Origin: the human T2T-CHM13v2.0 reference genome, Homo sapiens
Direction: 5' to 3' (one strand)
Length of the DNA: 64,000 bases
Assembly (NCBI RefSeq): GCF_009914755.1
Contig: NC_060934.1
Below, one piece after another: positions 1 to 13,441 of the stretch (within the stretch, counting starts at the first letter, position 1; the number at the start of each line of letters is the position of its first letter). A model generated the notes under the pieces. That model searched no databases and was not told the DNA's origin. It was given only the letters and a program-made list of their open reading frames with translations. A program made the position numbers and the translations under genes.

Positions 1-659
1 AAGGCCTCTGTATCCCTTCCACAAAAACTTCAACCCTGTCAAAAACAGCTTTGTTATGCGAAGTTTTATTGGGAAAGGAAGTGTCCCAAGAATTTCCTAT
101 AGCTGAGCCTGTTACAAAAGTTCACTCCACCTCTCCAACACTCACTCAGGTTTCTAGCCGCCTTGGTGGTCCCCGCTCTCTCTCTCTCTGTGTTGAGCTG
201 TGATTCCCTGCTCAGGTCTGAAGTGATTCTGGATTTCGCCTCATCTTGACATGTGTTTTCCACTTCTTCAATTTTACTTTCTTTTTTCTAGACCACTTGT
301 GAAGAGGAAAGTTATTCCTCTTAAAGATGAAATATCTTTCCACCCTAACTAATGAAGGCATCCCAGTATGACCTTTCCCAGGACAGTCCTGGAGAAATGA
401 ATGGCCCCCGACAGTGCTGGGCATGGGTCTGGGCCGGGGAGGGGCCAGCATTCTGCTCCCGAGGGAATCCTGAACACCGCTCTCATATTTTCTTCCACGA
501 GCCAACTCAACCCAGAACAATGCCCTTAAAAACATTTCCTATGTCTTAGGTAAACTCTGCATTTGGTATTCTAAAGAGACTTGGAAATACATCACTGATA
601 TTTATTTCAGCATCACTTGTAATATTGGACTATTGGACATATTCTGATGTCCATTAAGA

Positions 660-955
660 GGGATCTGGTTTAATAAAGTATGGTCCATCTAACAAGGCCC
701 AGAGCAGTGTATGCAGTAAGGTCTCATTTGTATTAAAATATATTTATATATGTAGGTAACTAGATGTGTATAGAATATTTCTGCAAAGATAGAGAAGAAA
801 ACAGTAACGTTCTCCTCTGGGGAAGACAACCAGAGGGGCTGAAAGGCAGAGTGGAGAAGACCAATTGTTTTATTTTATTTTGTATTTCTTTGGTCCCTTT
901 GAATTTTTTATTAATTTATATATATGTATATTTATATTTACTAGAAAAAAATTGA
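660..955 (+). mobile_element. Ancient L1 (L1ME-like) 3' UTR remnant
   Basis: Degenerate AT-rich sequence resembling old L1 3' ends and finishing in an A-run; boundaries approximate. Confidence 0.4.
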
Positions 956-3247
956 AACGTATAACTAGTGGGCATGCTAAGAGACCTTTCCATTTGGGTG
1001 CATTACCTCTTAGGATTACATTTTCTCATTTTCATCTATCTGCATTAAAAAGGGAAATAATTTCCATGCCTGTATCTTTGGGAAGCCCTCTCACCCTACT
1101 TTACAAAATTGCTTCAGGCTGCTACAAATATATTCAAGGTTTGTGTTCTTTATTTTTCAGCTCCTCACCCTCTTGGGAGCCACTTAAAAAATTTTCTGGC
1201 CAAGAACTTACCCCACCCCTCCTGGTTCCACCTGCAAGGGGTGGCAAGAAATCTAAAATATAAATACTGGAAAACTGATTTGTGATAAGAACGTAAGACA
1301 TAATATTTATATAAACTTTAGCTCTTGCAAGAGGTGCCTCGAGTATGCTGGGTGTTAGAACGATAAGGAGGGTGCAGCTTTCAGCAGCTGAGTTAAGGTG
1401 ATCTAAAATCGCTCACACGTGGATGGAGGAATTAATAAGTGGAGGGTGTAAGTTACGAGTCGCTCCTCCACACTCAGATGCAAGAAGCATCACATTTCTT
1501 TATTTTTCCAAATCAAATTACACCTGGCTCCGAGCATCTGCTCCCTAGGGTTAAGAAGAAACATGATGCTGGCTGTTCTCAGGGTTCCTTCCTCTTCAAT
1601 TAGATCATGCAGGGATCCTGGAGCCCAAGAGCCCTGGAAAGAGGCAAGAGCTGCTCCTCAGCCTGTGATCAGCATCACAGCTACTGCTATGTCCTCTTGG
1701 CTTCATGATTCCTTCATCTTTAGGGCTCTGTGGCTCAGGGACCACAGAAATGCCACTCATACCACATTGTTCTTGGCCTGAAGGAGGGTTTCCCGCTTGG
1801 CTCAGAAGCAGCAGAGGGTAATTTCCAGCTTCCATGCAGCTGTGAAGGACTGGCTCCCCAATCTCCAAAGCCCTAGCTACCCCCAGACCTTGGTTTGGAT
1901 GGGGACAGGTTCCCAGGGCTCACCTGCTCTTGATTGCCTGCCCGGGGCATCTTCCCAGTCTTGAAAACACCATTCTCCCTCTTCTGCTTGTACACAAACA
2001 CAGAGACTTCTCTGGATGGCTTAGCTTTCCAGAGCAAAAGCTTGAGTCTTCAGGGCTGTGGTCCATCTCCTGAAATTTGGGAAATGGGTGTTCAGGGTCT
2101 CAGGAAAACAGTGCCCGCTTCTCTGAGCAGCACGTTGAAGCTTTCCCTGGTGAGCCGAGGGCAGCAGCACTGACTGCATAAATCACCATGGTGTGTTCTC
2201 CCTGACCCACTTCCATACACTCACCTCTCTAAACATAAAGACAGTGACTTCAGTTCTCTGCGCTCACCAGGAGAGGGAAAAATGGGCAGTCTCCAGCCTA
2301 CATTCTTTCCTTCATCTCCCTCTGCTGGGTCTCCAAGCTCAGCCATCCTGAACCTCTTGGTGACCATGGCTCCTGAGCTTCTGTGCTTGCAGGCCAGCCT
2401 GCAAACAGCAGGTTTGATGCCTCGCCCATGGGGCAGCAGCTCCCCTTAACTGGGCTGGTTCCTTCTGCCCCAGAGACTGTAGATGCAGGAGGACACTTTG
2501 GAAGCTTTCATTCAGCACTTTGGAATATATGATTCCACCTGAGGTTCGCAGAGTCTATAGAAAAGTGATTCTCAAACATTGATTGTGTTAAAAAATCCTC
2601 TACCTGGGCTCCTTCAAAAACACACTGTCTGAGAGACTGAGACAGTTGGCTGCCTGAAAGAATTTGACTGGACTCACAGTGGATTCTAACATAGCTCGTC
2701 TCTTGAATTGTCACTGAGAAATAATCCTTCCAAAATGACAAGTCCACCTGAGATTTACCCTGTCACCTGAAATCCACACTCACTTTTCCAATGGTATATT
2801 GATTACCAAACGGGAGAAAGCAGGGCCTTGCTGTGCACTAATTAGCTCCAATACCCTAGGCTGTCACCAGGTGGTGGGGTGCCTGTTTGCTGCTGTCTAC
2901 CTTGCTACCTGTGGGATCACCAGCAACTCCTCAGGAGGTTCTGAGTCCCCAGCTCCTTGCAGACAGGATGGGTGGAGACACTAAATTTTGGTTGATGGCT
3001 GGGAGTGTGGGCAGAGGGCAGGTGGATGCATAGATAAAGGAATAACTGTAAGTTTAACTGAATATTGGAAAAACAAAAGGACAATAGAGTTCTGAAGTAT
3101 TCTGAAGAAAACTTTAAAGATTGTTGGCCTAGGTAGTTGTAATTTGCTTTCAAATTTTAAATTTTTTTAGATGACAAAAGAGTGATACATATTCAAAGTA
3201 TTAATTTATGCAATAGAGAAATATATACATAAAAAATCATGTCCACC

Positions 3248-4992
3248 TGTCCATACTACTCAAAGCAATATACAGATTCAATGCAATCCTATAAAAATTT
3301 TAATGACATTTTTTATAGAAATCAAAAAAATTCTTAAATTTTTATGCAATGATAAAAGACCTTGAATAACCAAAATTATCTTGAGAAAGAAAAACAAAGT
3401 TGGAGGCATTACACTTCTGGGTTGCAAATTATATTACAAAGCAGTAATAATCACACGGTATGGTATTGGTATAAAAACACTCATACTGTATATACCAATG
3501 GAACAGAACAAAGAGTCTAGAAATAAGTGCAAGTATACATGGTCATCTAATCTTTGACAAGGCCACCCAGAAGACAAGATGGGGAAAAGATAATATCTTC
3601 AATAAATGGTGTTGGGAAAATTGGATGTCCACATGCAAAAGAATGAAACTGGATCTTTATCTTACACCTTCATGAAAATCAACTCAAAATTGATTAAAGA
3701 CCTAAACGTAAGATGTGAAACGATAAAATTCCTGGAAGAAAACACAGGGGAAAAGCTCCTTGATATTGTCTTTGGCAATGATTTTTTTAAAAATATGACT
3801 CCAAAAAGCACAGGCAACAAAAGCAAAAACAAACAAGTAAAGACTACATCAAACTAAAAGTCTTCTGCACAGCAAAGGAAACAATTAACAAACTGAAAAG
3901 GCAACTAATGGAGTGGGAGAAAATATTTGCGAGCCACATATCAGATAAGGGCTAAAATCCCTATGGAGTTCATACAACTCAATAGCAAAAAAAACAAACA
4001 ACCTAATTAAAAAATGGGCAAATGGCCTGAAAAGATATTCCTCCAAAGAAGACAAAAAAAATGGCCAACGGGTTTAAGAAAAGGTACTCAACATCACCAG
4101 TCATTGGGGAAATGCATATTAAAACCACAATGAAGTATCATCCTACACCTATTAGGATGGCTATTGTAAAAATGACAAGAGATAACCAGTGTTGATGAAG
4201 GCACAGAGAGAAGGGAATCCTTGTACCCTGTTGGTGGGAATGTAGATTTGTGCAGCCATTATGGAAAACAGTATGGAGGTTCCTAAAGAAAATAAAAATA
4301 GAACTTCCATACGACCCAGCAATCCCACTTTTGGGTATATACTCAAATGAAATCACCACGTTGTAAAGATATCTGTACTACCATGTTCATGGCACCATTA
4401 CTCACAATAGTCAAGATATGGAAACAAGCCGTGTCAATCAAAGGATAACTGGATAAAGAAAATGTGGTAGATATACACAATGGAATGTTATTCAGCCTTT
4501 AAAAAGAAGAAAATCTTGCCATGTATGATAATATGGATGAAACTAGAGGACATTATGCTAAATGAAATAAGCCAGACAGAGAAAGAAAAATATGGCATGA
4601 TCTCACTTAGATATGGAGTCTAAAAAAGAAAAACCATGAATACGTAGAAACAGAGTAGAAAGGTGGTTACCAGAGGTGGAAGCAGGTGTGGGGGAAGTGG
4701 GGAGATATGGGTCAAAGGGTATAAACTTGCGGTTATCTGAAACGGTAAGTCTAGAGACCTAATGTACAGCAAATGGACTAGAGTTAAATCTGTTGTATAT
4801 TGAAAATTTGCTAGAGTAGATTTTAGGTGCTCTTGTCACATACATACACACAAAAGAAAATGTAACTATGTGAGATGATTGGTGGATATGTTAACCTACT
4901 TGGCTGTAGTAACCATTTCACTATAAATACGTAATATCAAAGCATCATGCTGTATTCCTTAAATACATACAATTTAAAAAATAAGGAAAAAA
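3248..4992 (+). mobile_element. 5'-truncated L1 (L1MA8/9-like): ORF2 C-terminal remnant, 3' UTR and A-tail
   Basis: ORF 3606-3857 (KINSKLIKDLNVRCETIKFLEENTGEKL) matches L1 ORF2p. L1MA-type 3' UTR ends aatttaaaaaataaggaaaaaa. Confidence 0.9.
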
Positions 4993-4994
4993 CA

Positions 4995-6150
4995 TAATGC
5001 CCACATCCCCAAACCCACAGAAGAGAGTTAACTGTTGGTATGTATTCCTCCACAGTTTTCTTAGCTGTCATAAAACTTATATGAGCAAATGTAAAGGATG
5101 TTTTCTTTCCTTAAAAAAAAAAACCACCAAAACAAAATTAAGGACTTATTATTTCATTTGTTTTGCAGTTTGCCTCTGTCCCCCCAAATAAATCCTGGAC
5201 ATCACTGTAGGTCAATTCAAATAGATCTAGTATATTCTTTTAAAATTGTTTCATAATATTCCATAATATGAGTATTCTGTAACTTGGTCTTTCTGAGCCT
5301 CTTCCCTTCCTTCTTTCTCTTTTCCTTCTTCCTCTTCCTCTACTTCTTCTTTTTTCCCCTTTTTTCTCCTTTTCCTTCCTTTCTCTTCTCCTCCTCTTTC
5401 TTCTGGTCTGCACAAATAACTGTGTAACAAAATCCCTGCATTATTTGAGCACCACTGCTAGTCCAAATTGTGACAGTTAGAAAAAGGCATCCCCCAAGAC
5501 ATTTTACTGCCAGAAAACTGTTATAAAATATATACAAATCCATGATGACTAACGGGAAAATGATGCACCTTAGAGTTCACGGTTGCAAAATTTTATGCAG
5601 CAGTCCTCACATACTAAGGCCATTATTTATATAAGATCAGATTCCCGGTCAATGCAGATACATACTTTAACTTTTAGTAGCTTCTGCCAAATCATATTCC
5701 AAAAATGTTGTAATACTACAGTGTATGCGATACACTGCCCACACCCTCAATAACATGAATTTCTATCTGAAAATAAAAACTTTCAAAAATAGCTTTATTG
5801 TTTATTGTGTAATGAAACAAGCTCATTGCCAAAAATCCCCAGAGTCCTAATAGCCTAAGATGGCCATTGTTAACTCTCAGATTAGCATTTTTTCAGGTAT
5901 TTCTTTATGCCTCTTGAAATAGATGTCAATACTTTTTCCTGATTGGCATCGGACTAAAACCACTGTTCTTCGACCTACTCTTTAAGCTTAACGCTATTGG
6001 GAGCCCCTTTGTGGGCCAACAAATGGAGATGTGCACCATCATTTTCTAGGGAACATGCATTGTTTTCCATTCTCACATTCTGGGTGTAGATACACCATTA
6101 CATAGCCTCACTTTTGGGGGGTTTATGCATTTGGACCCATCTTCACTGTC
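4995..6150 (-). mobile_element. Fragmented ancient L1 (L1ME-like), probable host of the L1MA insertion
   Basis: Degenerate antisense L1 3'-region-like text on both sides of the L1MA (also ~3150-3240). Confidence 0.4.
5299..5403. repeat. TC-rich polypyrimidine low-complexity tract
   Basis: About 100 nt almost entirely C/T. Confidence 0.85.
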
Positions 6151-6199
6151 TTGGATTCTTGAAATATGTTGTGATGTGTGATCTGCTTCCAGATATTAC

Positions 6200-7100
6200 T
6201 AATTTGTGTCTTCTCTTTTTTTTCCTGATCAGTCTGAATGGGGGTTTATAAATTTAATTGGTCTTCTGAAAGATCCCACTTTTGACGTCATTAATTTCCT
6301 ATATTGTTTTTCTTTTTTCTGTTTTATTGACATCCACTCTGATCTTTATTATTATTCCTTGTCTTCTGCTTATTTGGAGTTTCTTTTAAAAATAACAACT
6401 ATTTTTTAAAAGAAAATATTTTTTCTAATTTATTTTTTAAACGTTGACAAAAATTGTATATATTTATTGTATACAACATGTATTTTGAAATATTTTTACT
6501 AGTTTCTTAAACTGGAAGCTGAGGTTATTGATTTGAGACCTTTCTTTTCTAATATAGGCATTTAGTGCTATAAAATTATACTTTAGCTGTATATCACAAA
6601 TTTTAATATATTACATTTTCATTTATAATTACTTCAAAATACTTTCTAATTTCTGTTTTAATTCCTTCTTTGATCCCTGAGTTATTCAGAAGTGTGTTAC
6701 TTATTTTTTCTACATAATTGGGGATTTTAAAAGATACCTTTATTTTACTGATTTCTAAAGTAGTTCCATGTGGTCAGAGAACATGCTTTGTATGACTTGT
6801 ATGATTTTACGTTCACTGAGACTTTATGGCTAAGAGTATGCCTTGGCAAATGTTCCAGGTACACCTGAAAAGGATGTGCATGCTTGTCAGGTAGAGTGTT
6901 CTATCAATGTCAACTAGGTTAAAGCTGATTGATAGTTTTGTTCAAATCTATATCCTTACTGATTTTCTTTCTACTTGTTCTATTAGTTATTGATATAGGG
7001 ATTTGCAAATCTTAGATTCTAACTGACTTTTTCTATTTCTCTTTACAGTTCTATTAACAGTTTTTGCCTCATGCGTCTTGAGGCTATGTTATTAGTTGGT
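6200..7100 (-). mobile_element. L1M ORF2 fragment (endonuclease/linker region), with a short L1 3'-end insert at ~6420-6495
   Basis: Antisense L1 motifs such as ggcatttagtgctataaa, ccatgtggtcagagaa and ctatatccttactgatttt. Confidence 0.75.
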
Positions 7101-7784
7101 GGTTCATCCACATTTGGATGACTTACCTATCTTAGAATGTATTTCTATTGCCATAGACACATGACAGCTGTGAGTAATAGAGCTCTTGAGTCCTACTTTC
7201 CTCAAATCTCGATTGTTTCATTGCATTCCAGTAAGAAGAAAACTCTGAGGAGTGTCTGATAGTCAGTTAATAGTTTTCCTTTTAGGATACTGGCTTTTAC
7301 TTTCTCAAAAGTATCTGTGGTTCTTTTTTGGACAAATCTTGGTGTATTTCATCCTATATTCTTTTTATCAGGGTACAGTAAACCTTTGAATTATATTTAT
7401 TTTTTCTTTCACTGTAGAAAAGATCCTAGTTGAATTTTATGTCTTACAATTTTTTTCTAGTCTTTTCTTTAGATATATAATTATTTTTATATTAAATTTC
7501 TAGTTTTCTGATTATCTCTGTTATTTTCACCCTTGTCACTTTTATTTCTTTATTTATGTTCCTTTGTCTTTCTTGTCATTATTTTCTTCTTTGTTTTCTT
7601 GGAGTCAATCTCCTACAGTGTTCACTTCAACTATCTTTTGCATCTTGCATGCTTTTCTGCCCTCCTTTCTATTTCTCCTTCTCCTCCTCTCCTACTCATC
7701 CTCTATTTCCTTCTCTTCTTTCTACTCTTCTTCCTTCTTTAGTTCAAATTTCACTTAATATTGAATGATGTGATTTTAAATATA

Positions 7785-8034
7785 CTTTTGACCCTTGAAC
7801 AAAATAGGTTTGAACTACAGGGGTCCACTTATATGTGGATTTGTTTTTCAACCAAAGGCAGATCTTAAAATACAATATTTGCAGAATGTGAAACTTGATT
7901 TCATGGAGGGCTGACTTTTCCTAGAATCAGGTTCTGCAAGGCTGATGGTGGAGACCTGAGTCTGTGCTGATTTTTGTATATATGGCAGGTCCTGGAACCA
8001 ATTCTCCCCCACTGTGTACACTGAGGAATGACTG
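7785..8034. mobile_element. MER8-like TcMar-Tigger non-autonomous DNA transposon
   Basis: Termini c(ttt)tgacccttgaac...ggtcctggaaccaat...gactg, flanked by TA at 7783-84 and 8035-36. Confidence 0.8.
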
Positions 8035-8371
8035 TATTTACCTTTTAATAGGGTCAGTTCTGTTTGAATTTGATAACCAAAATAATGTGGGTAGAATTTT
8101 CTTGATTCTCCACCTTTTTTACTTAACCATCATTTTGAGTGTCTCCTTAGAATATGAGTTAAATGAATGTGTTAGACCTTGTGTTTGGGCATAGAGCATG
8201 CTGAGCAAGGGAGGGAACTTAGAGCCTTGGTTCTACTTCAGGTGAGAACCAGGGAGGCAACCACAAAGATGCTAGCTAAATGTTTGCTGACTGAGTGGGC
8301 AAACCACTGAATGCCTGCCTGACCTGTCTCACAGAGAAGTGCAAGGTTAGGTGAGAAGACTAAAGCCACTT

Positions 8372-8821
8372 CAAGACATGGAATCAACCCTGATGCCCAT
8401 CAAGGGTTGATTAGATGAAGAAAATGTGGTACACATACACCATGGAATACTATAGCCATAAAATAGAAAGAGATCATGTTTTCTGCAGCAACCTGGGTGC
8501 AGCCAGAGGTTATTATCCTAAGTGAATTAATGCAGAGGCAGAAAACCAAATACCAACCAAAAACCAAGTGCATTTCTCACTCATAAGTGGGAACTAAACA
8601 TTGGCTACACATGGACATAAAGATGGGAGCAATAAACACTGGGAATTCCAAAAGCAGGGAGGGTTGAAAAACTACCTATCGGGTACTATGTTCACTTGGG
8701 TGGCAGGTTCATTAGAAACCCAAATCTCAGTATCATGCAATATACCCATGTAACAAAACTGCACAGGTACCTCCAAATCTAACCTAAAATAAAATTAAAA
8801 ATCCAAATTAACAACAATAAA
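8372..8821 (+). mobile_element. 5'-truncated L1 3' end (L1PA15/16-like) with TSD
   Basis: L1 3' UTR (gggttgaaaaactacctatcgggtactatg) plus A-rich tail. TSD aaagccactt at 8362-8371 and 8822-8831. Confidence 0.9.
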
Positions 8822-9834
8822 AAAGCCACTTTGAGCATTACCAACTACTACACACACACTGAGCTGAGGTTCTTAGAGTTAGTGAAGGTGGTCACTGCAG
8901 GGCAGTGCTTTCTGGTAAAACATCCCACTTTCTCTGAGACGCCACACTTTTTATCCAAAAGAAATCGTGCCATATGCACTTGGGCTCTGTTGCGTGGCTA
9001 CAGAACAATGACAGTTATTACAAATTAGAAGTCTGTGGTTGTGACCAAATTCCTGGGATGGGTGACTCCATGGCCCAGACAGACAATGTCTGCCCTTCAG
9101 AGTGCAGACTGGGGAGGGAAGTCCCCAGGCAGCACTGCCACTGATGCAATACATCTGTGCTGGGCACTCAGTAAAAAGCCTTCCTTTCCCAAACATTTTC
9201 TACCCTGCTGTGTGGGAGTAGATCCCATGAGGTACATTAAACTGTGCTCTGATGAGAGGCCCATGCCTCCCAGCAGCTTCCAGAGATGGGCAGTATGTGA
9301 TTTGGGGAGGTCACCGGGTCTGCTATCACTCTTATTCCCTCTGCACTGTGACATTTTATGGAGAATTCACACTCGGGCATGTCAGAACTAAATGGCGACA
9401 GGCTGATCTGGTGTCACTGAGAATGCTCTGGATTCTTTACTGCTGCAGACTTGCACATGTGAGAGACAGCTCAGACTCCCAGGCTCCCAGCTCAGCCCTT
9501 TTCTGTGCTGGACTGCAGACAGCAACCCCTTCCTTTCAGCTGCTCATTTTGGAGCAAAGTCTTTGCCTTCATCCTGTTTTCTTGTAACTGTTCTCAGAGC
9601 TTGGTTGACCCTCCAGTGTTAATACCCATTTGCTACTTGATCTGGCCCATGATCCTGTGTTTCTGAAGACTAAATGCATCAACAGAAAAGGGACCCACAC
9701 ATTATCTGCGTGTAATAGATGTGAGATTTGCATCACTGAAATTGGGCTTGAATTGGCTAAGCAAGCTTCAATAAAAACTTAAGACTTCTGGGATGTGCAG
9801 AATACAGAAAGTGGGGCATTATCCAGCTCACAAC

Positions 9835-9980
9835 TCCTGCAGGGTGTGAGTGGTGCTCAGCCACTCCACTCCAGGCCGTGGCTGATTGGTTCTAGGGAGA
9901 GGAGCCTGAGCCAAGCTCAGCCAATCACATTCTCACTCTCAGGACCATGAAAACCTGAGATTGAAGCACAGACATCTTAG
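9835..9980. mobile_element. Old ERVL-type LTR fragment (LTR16/LTR33-like)
   Basis: gctgattggttctaggg...caagctcagccaatcac motif pair typical of these LTRs. Confidence 0.3.
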
Positions 9981-10765
9981 GGCGGAGCCCCAGACCTAAG
10001 GCCCCCTGACCTCTCTACACTTGACATTCTCAGCCTCTCCTCCAAGGTCCTCTCATTTCTGCTCTAGCCCTTCACTCTTGCCTCTTAACATCTAGGCCTC
10101 TAGACTCAAGAGCCTAAAGACTGTTGTAACCATGCCCTTGCTGCTGGCCACACTTGTTGGACATGTCCTCACATCTTGTCTATGACACAGCTCAGCCAAC
10201 ATGCCCAGAATCCAGGCCTCTAAACTCATTGTCTCAGGATGCTCAGGCTCTACTTTCACCCTTTTTGTAGGCTACAAAACTCAAGTTACGGAAACAAAAT
10301 GAAGATGAAGATATATGGGATATCTGCATTTTTGAAGTCCAACAAATTTGAGCATAGAAACCTCTGGTCTGGTGGGCTCAAAAATATGTCTAAAGACTTT
10401 AGGATTATTATCCAGACCTGAGATGCATGCACTCAGTTGATCAATTTAATAATGATTATAATTTCAAGTTAATGCTTGCTTTTATGATGGGAAGTAAACA
10501 AAATATAGAAATTGATTCAGTCTCAAGGAGTTTAAAGTAGACAACACTGATTGACTTATTCATTGATGGAGTAATTCTTTAATTTATTTAATGGTCATCT
10601 ATTAATTCAACAAAAGTTTATTGAAAATAAGCTCATGGCAGGGCATGTTTTGGGGGAGTTCAGGGATAAGGAGTCAATCCTAAAGACACATGTCAATATA
10701 TGTTGATAAACATGAGAAAAGGCTTGGCATGAGCCTGAAGAAGTACTTAAATTTAATACAGGCAT

Positions 10766-11318
10766 TGCATTAGTTAGGGTTCTCTATGGGGACACAACTA
10801 ATAGGCTAGATGTATATATGAAGGGTAGTTTATTAGGAGAATTGACTCACAGGATCACAAGATGAAGTCCCACAATGGCCATCTCTAAGCTGAGGAGCAA
10901 GGAAGCCAGTCCTCAAAAGTCGGGAAGCCAACAGTGCAGCCTTCAGCCTGTGGCCAAAGGCCTGAGAGCTCCTGGCAAATCACTGATGTAAGTCAAAGAA
11001 TCCAAAGGCTGAAGAACTTGGAGTCTGATGTTCGAGGGCAGAAAGCATCCAGCACAGGAGAAAGATGGAGGCTAGAAGACTCAGCAAGTCAGTTTCTTCC
11101 ACCTTCTTCTCCCTGCTTTATTCTAGCCACGTTGGCAGCTGATTAGATGGTGCCCACCCAGATTGAGGGTGGGTCTGCCTCTCCTAGTCCACTGACTCAA
11201 ATGTTAATCTCCTTTGACAACACCCTCACAGACACCACCACCCTACCCAGCTGCCACAGGGAACAATGCTTTGCATTCTTCAATCCAATCAAATTGACAC
11301 CCAATATTAACCATCACA
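10766..11318 (-). mobile_element. MLT2A-like solo LTR (ERVL)
   Basis: tgcattagttagggttctct...gaagaacttggagtctgatgttcgagggca...ttaaccatcaca with TG..CA ends. 5-bp TSD ggcat/gccat. Confidence 0.9.
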
Positions 11319-11679
11319 GCCATGTATGAAGGCAAGGAGACTAACTAGAAGTTTCTTGCAGTCAGGCAGGTAGATGATAATGATCTAGATTACAGAAATG
11401 GTAGTGGGTATGAACAGAAGATTAGTTTCCAAAGATATTTAGGAAGTAAGTGACTGGAAGGTATGGGGATAGAGGGGGAGGTGAGAGAGAGTCAAAGGTG
11501 AGATCCTGTTGCTGACTTGTAGGGCTTGTTAGATGCTGATAGAGATAGAGAAGTAGTTTATATGGGAAGATCATTCTGTTTTCTGATATGGGTTTGTTAG
11601 ATGTGAATGAAAATGGTGAGTGAGTCTGAGTTTTGGAGAGACATCTATGTTGAACATCTAACTGGAGAATCATTTTCTT

Positions 11680-11717
11680 CCTTTTTGTTTTCATTCTCCA
11701 GCTTTATTGAAGTATCA
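11680..11717 (-). mobile_element. Ultra-short (38 nt) L1 3'-end insertion with perfect 15-bp TSD
   Basis: TSD gagaatcattttctt at 11665-11679 and 11718-11732. Insert is a T-rich tail plus cagctttattgaagtat. Confidence 0.75.
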
Positions 11718-11817
11718 GAGAATCATTTTCTTAAGAGATGGTAATGGAATCCATGCATTTGAAATAAATCAACAGAAAAAAATGATTCAGAAGAGAGGGA
11801 ACTAGCCTAAGGACAAC

Positions 11818-12626
11818 TGTGATATTGTGAAATATATATATGGGTCTTCATCCTGTGTCCTGGCATACCTAAAACCCTTGGAATATCCAAAGGCATGCTT
11901 TTCATGTGCAAATGATTGACTGATGTCTTCAGGATGGAGCCAATCACCAGAAATGTCAAAGCATAATTAGAGTGTTGGGACTTTCAGCCATACCCCACAC
12001 CCCTGACCTTTGGGGAGGAGAGACGGGCAGAAGGTTAAGTCCATCAACAATGGCCAGTGATGTAATCAGTCATGCCTATGTAATGAAGCTTCCATAAAAA
12101 TCCCAAAGGACTGGGTCTGGAGAGCTTCTGGATATCTGAGCACATGGAGGTTCCTGGAGGGTGGTGCCTGGGGCAGTCATGGAAGCATCTCATCCCTTCC
12201 CACATGCCTTGCCCTATGCATCTCTTCATCTGTATCCTTTAAAATATCTTTGTAATAAACTGCTAAGCATAAGTGTGTCCCTGAGTTCTGTGAGCCATCC
12301 TAGCAAATTAACTAAACTGAGGAGGGAATCATGGGAAATCCAATTTATAGCCAGTCTGTCAGAAGCACAGGTAAAATAACCTGGGGCTTGTAATCACCAT
12401 CAGAAGTAGGGGGCAATCTTGTGGGTCTCAGCCCTCACCCTGTGGGATCTGATGCTACCACTAGGGAGAGAGTGTCGGAATCGAATTGGAGGACTCACAG
12501 CTGGTGTCCACTGCTGCAAGACTGGTTACTTGCCTGGTGTGCTGGAAAAATCCCCTACAGAACCTGGTGTCAGAAGTACTCTGCTTTGTGAGAGTATAGG
12601 AGAAACTAAGTTTGTTTTTTCCCTCA
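11818..12626 (+). mobile_element. MER21-family solo LTR
   Basis: Starts tgtgatattgtgaaatatata; internal aatcagtcatgcctatgtaatgaagcttccataaaa; AATAAA at ~12254. Confidence 0.8.
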
Positions 12627-13094
12627 ATATTATTACATTCAAAATGTAAAAGAAGCATGAGCAGAGGGATAAGGGAGATAACTGAAAGGGTGTCAAAGGG
12701 GCAGAATAAAAATTAGTGGAGGATGGGGTTAAGGGAGCCAAAGAGAGTCTTTGGATTAGAAGAAAGGAATCATCATTGAATGATACTGAAATGTGAAGGA
12801 AGACGTCTACCAGGTTCTCAGTTGATGACTTCTATTTTCTCTGAGCAGCAGGAGAGAAAGTTTTCTGAGAATGCATTTCAGAGATTGGAGGGCAGGGCTT
12901 CTGGGCAGCTTTCCAGCAGGATGCAGGGCACAGAAAGAGATAATCATATGTAATACACTTTGAATAATTTCTGGCGAGGATTACACTCTCAATAGACGTG
13001 GCGAGCTATTATAATGGCTCCAAATTGTTCAGCTTTGTGGTTTTTCTCTAACAGTGATTAGCACCTGGGATGTAAGCACAAAACAATTGGCAGA

Positions 13095-13441
13095 TGATAC
13101 GGTTTGGCTGTGTCCCCACCCAAATCTCAACTTGAATTGTATCTCCCAGAATTCTCACGTGTTGTGAGAGGGACCCAGGGGGAGGTAATTGAATCATGGA
13201 GGCTGGTCTTTCCCGTGCTATTCTCATGATAGTGAATAAGTCTCATGAGATCTGATGGGTTTACTAGGGGTTTCCACTTTTGCTTCTTCCCCACTTTTTC
13301 TTGCCACTGCCATGTAAGAAGTGCCTTTTGCCTCCATTCTGAGGCCTCCCCAGCCATGTGGAACTGTAGGTCCAATTAAACCTCTTTTTCTTCCCAGTCT
13401 CGAGTATGTCTTTATCAGCAGTGTGAAAATGGACTAATGTA
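13095..13441 (+). mobile_element. THE1A-like solo LTR (ERVL-MaLR)
   Basis: tgatacggtttggctgtgtccccacccaaatctc...gcagtgtgaaaatggactaatgta. TSD gcaga/gcagt. Confidence 0.92.
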
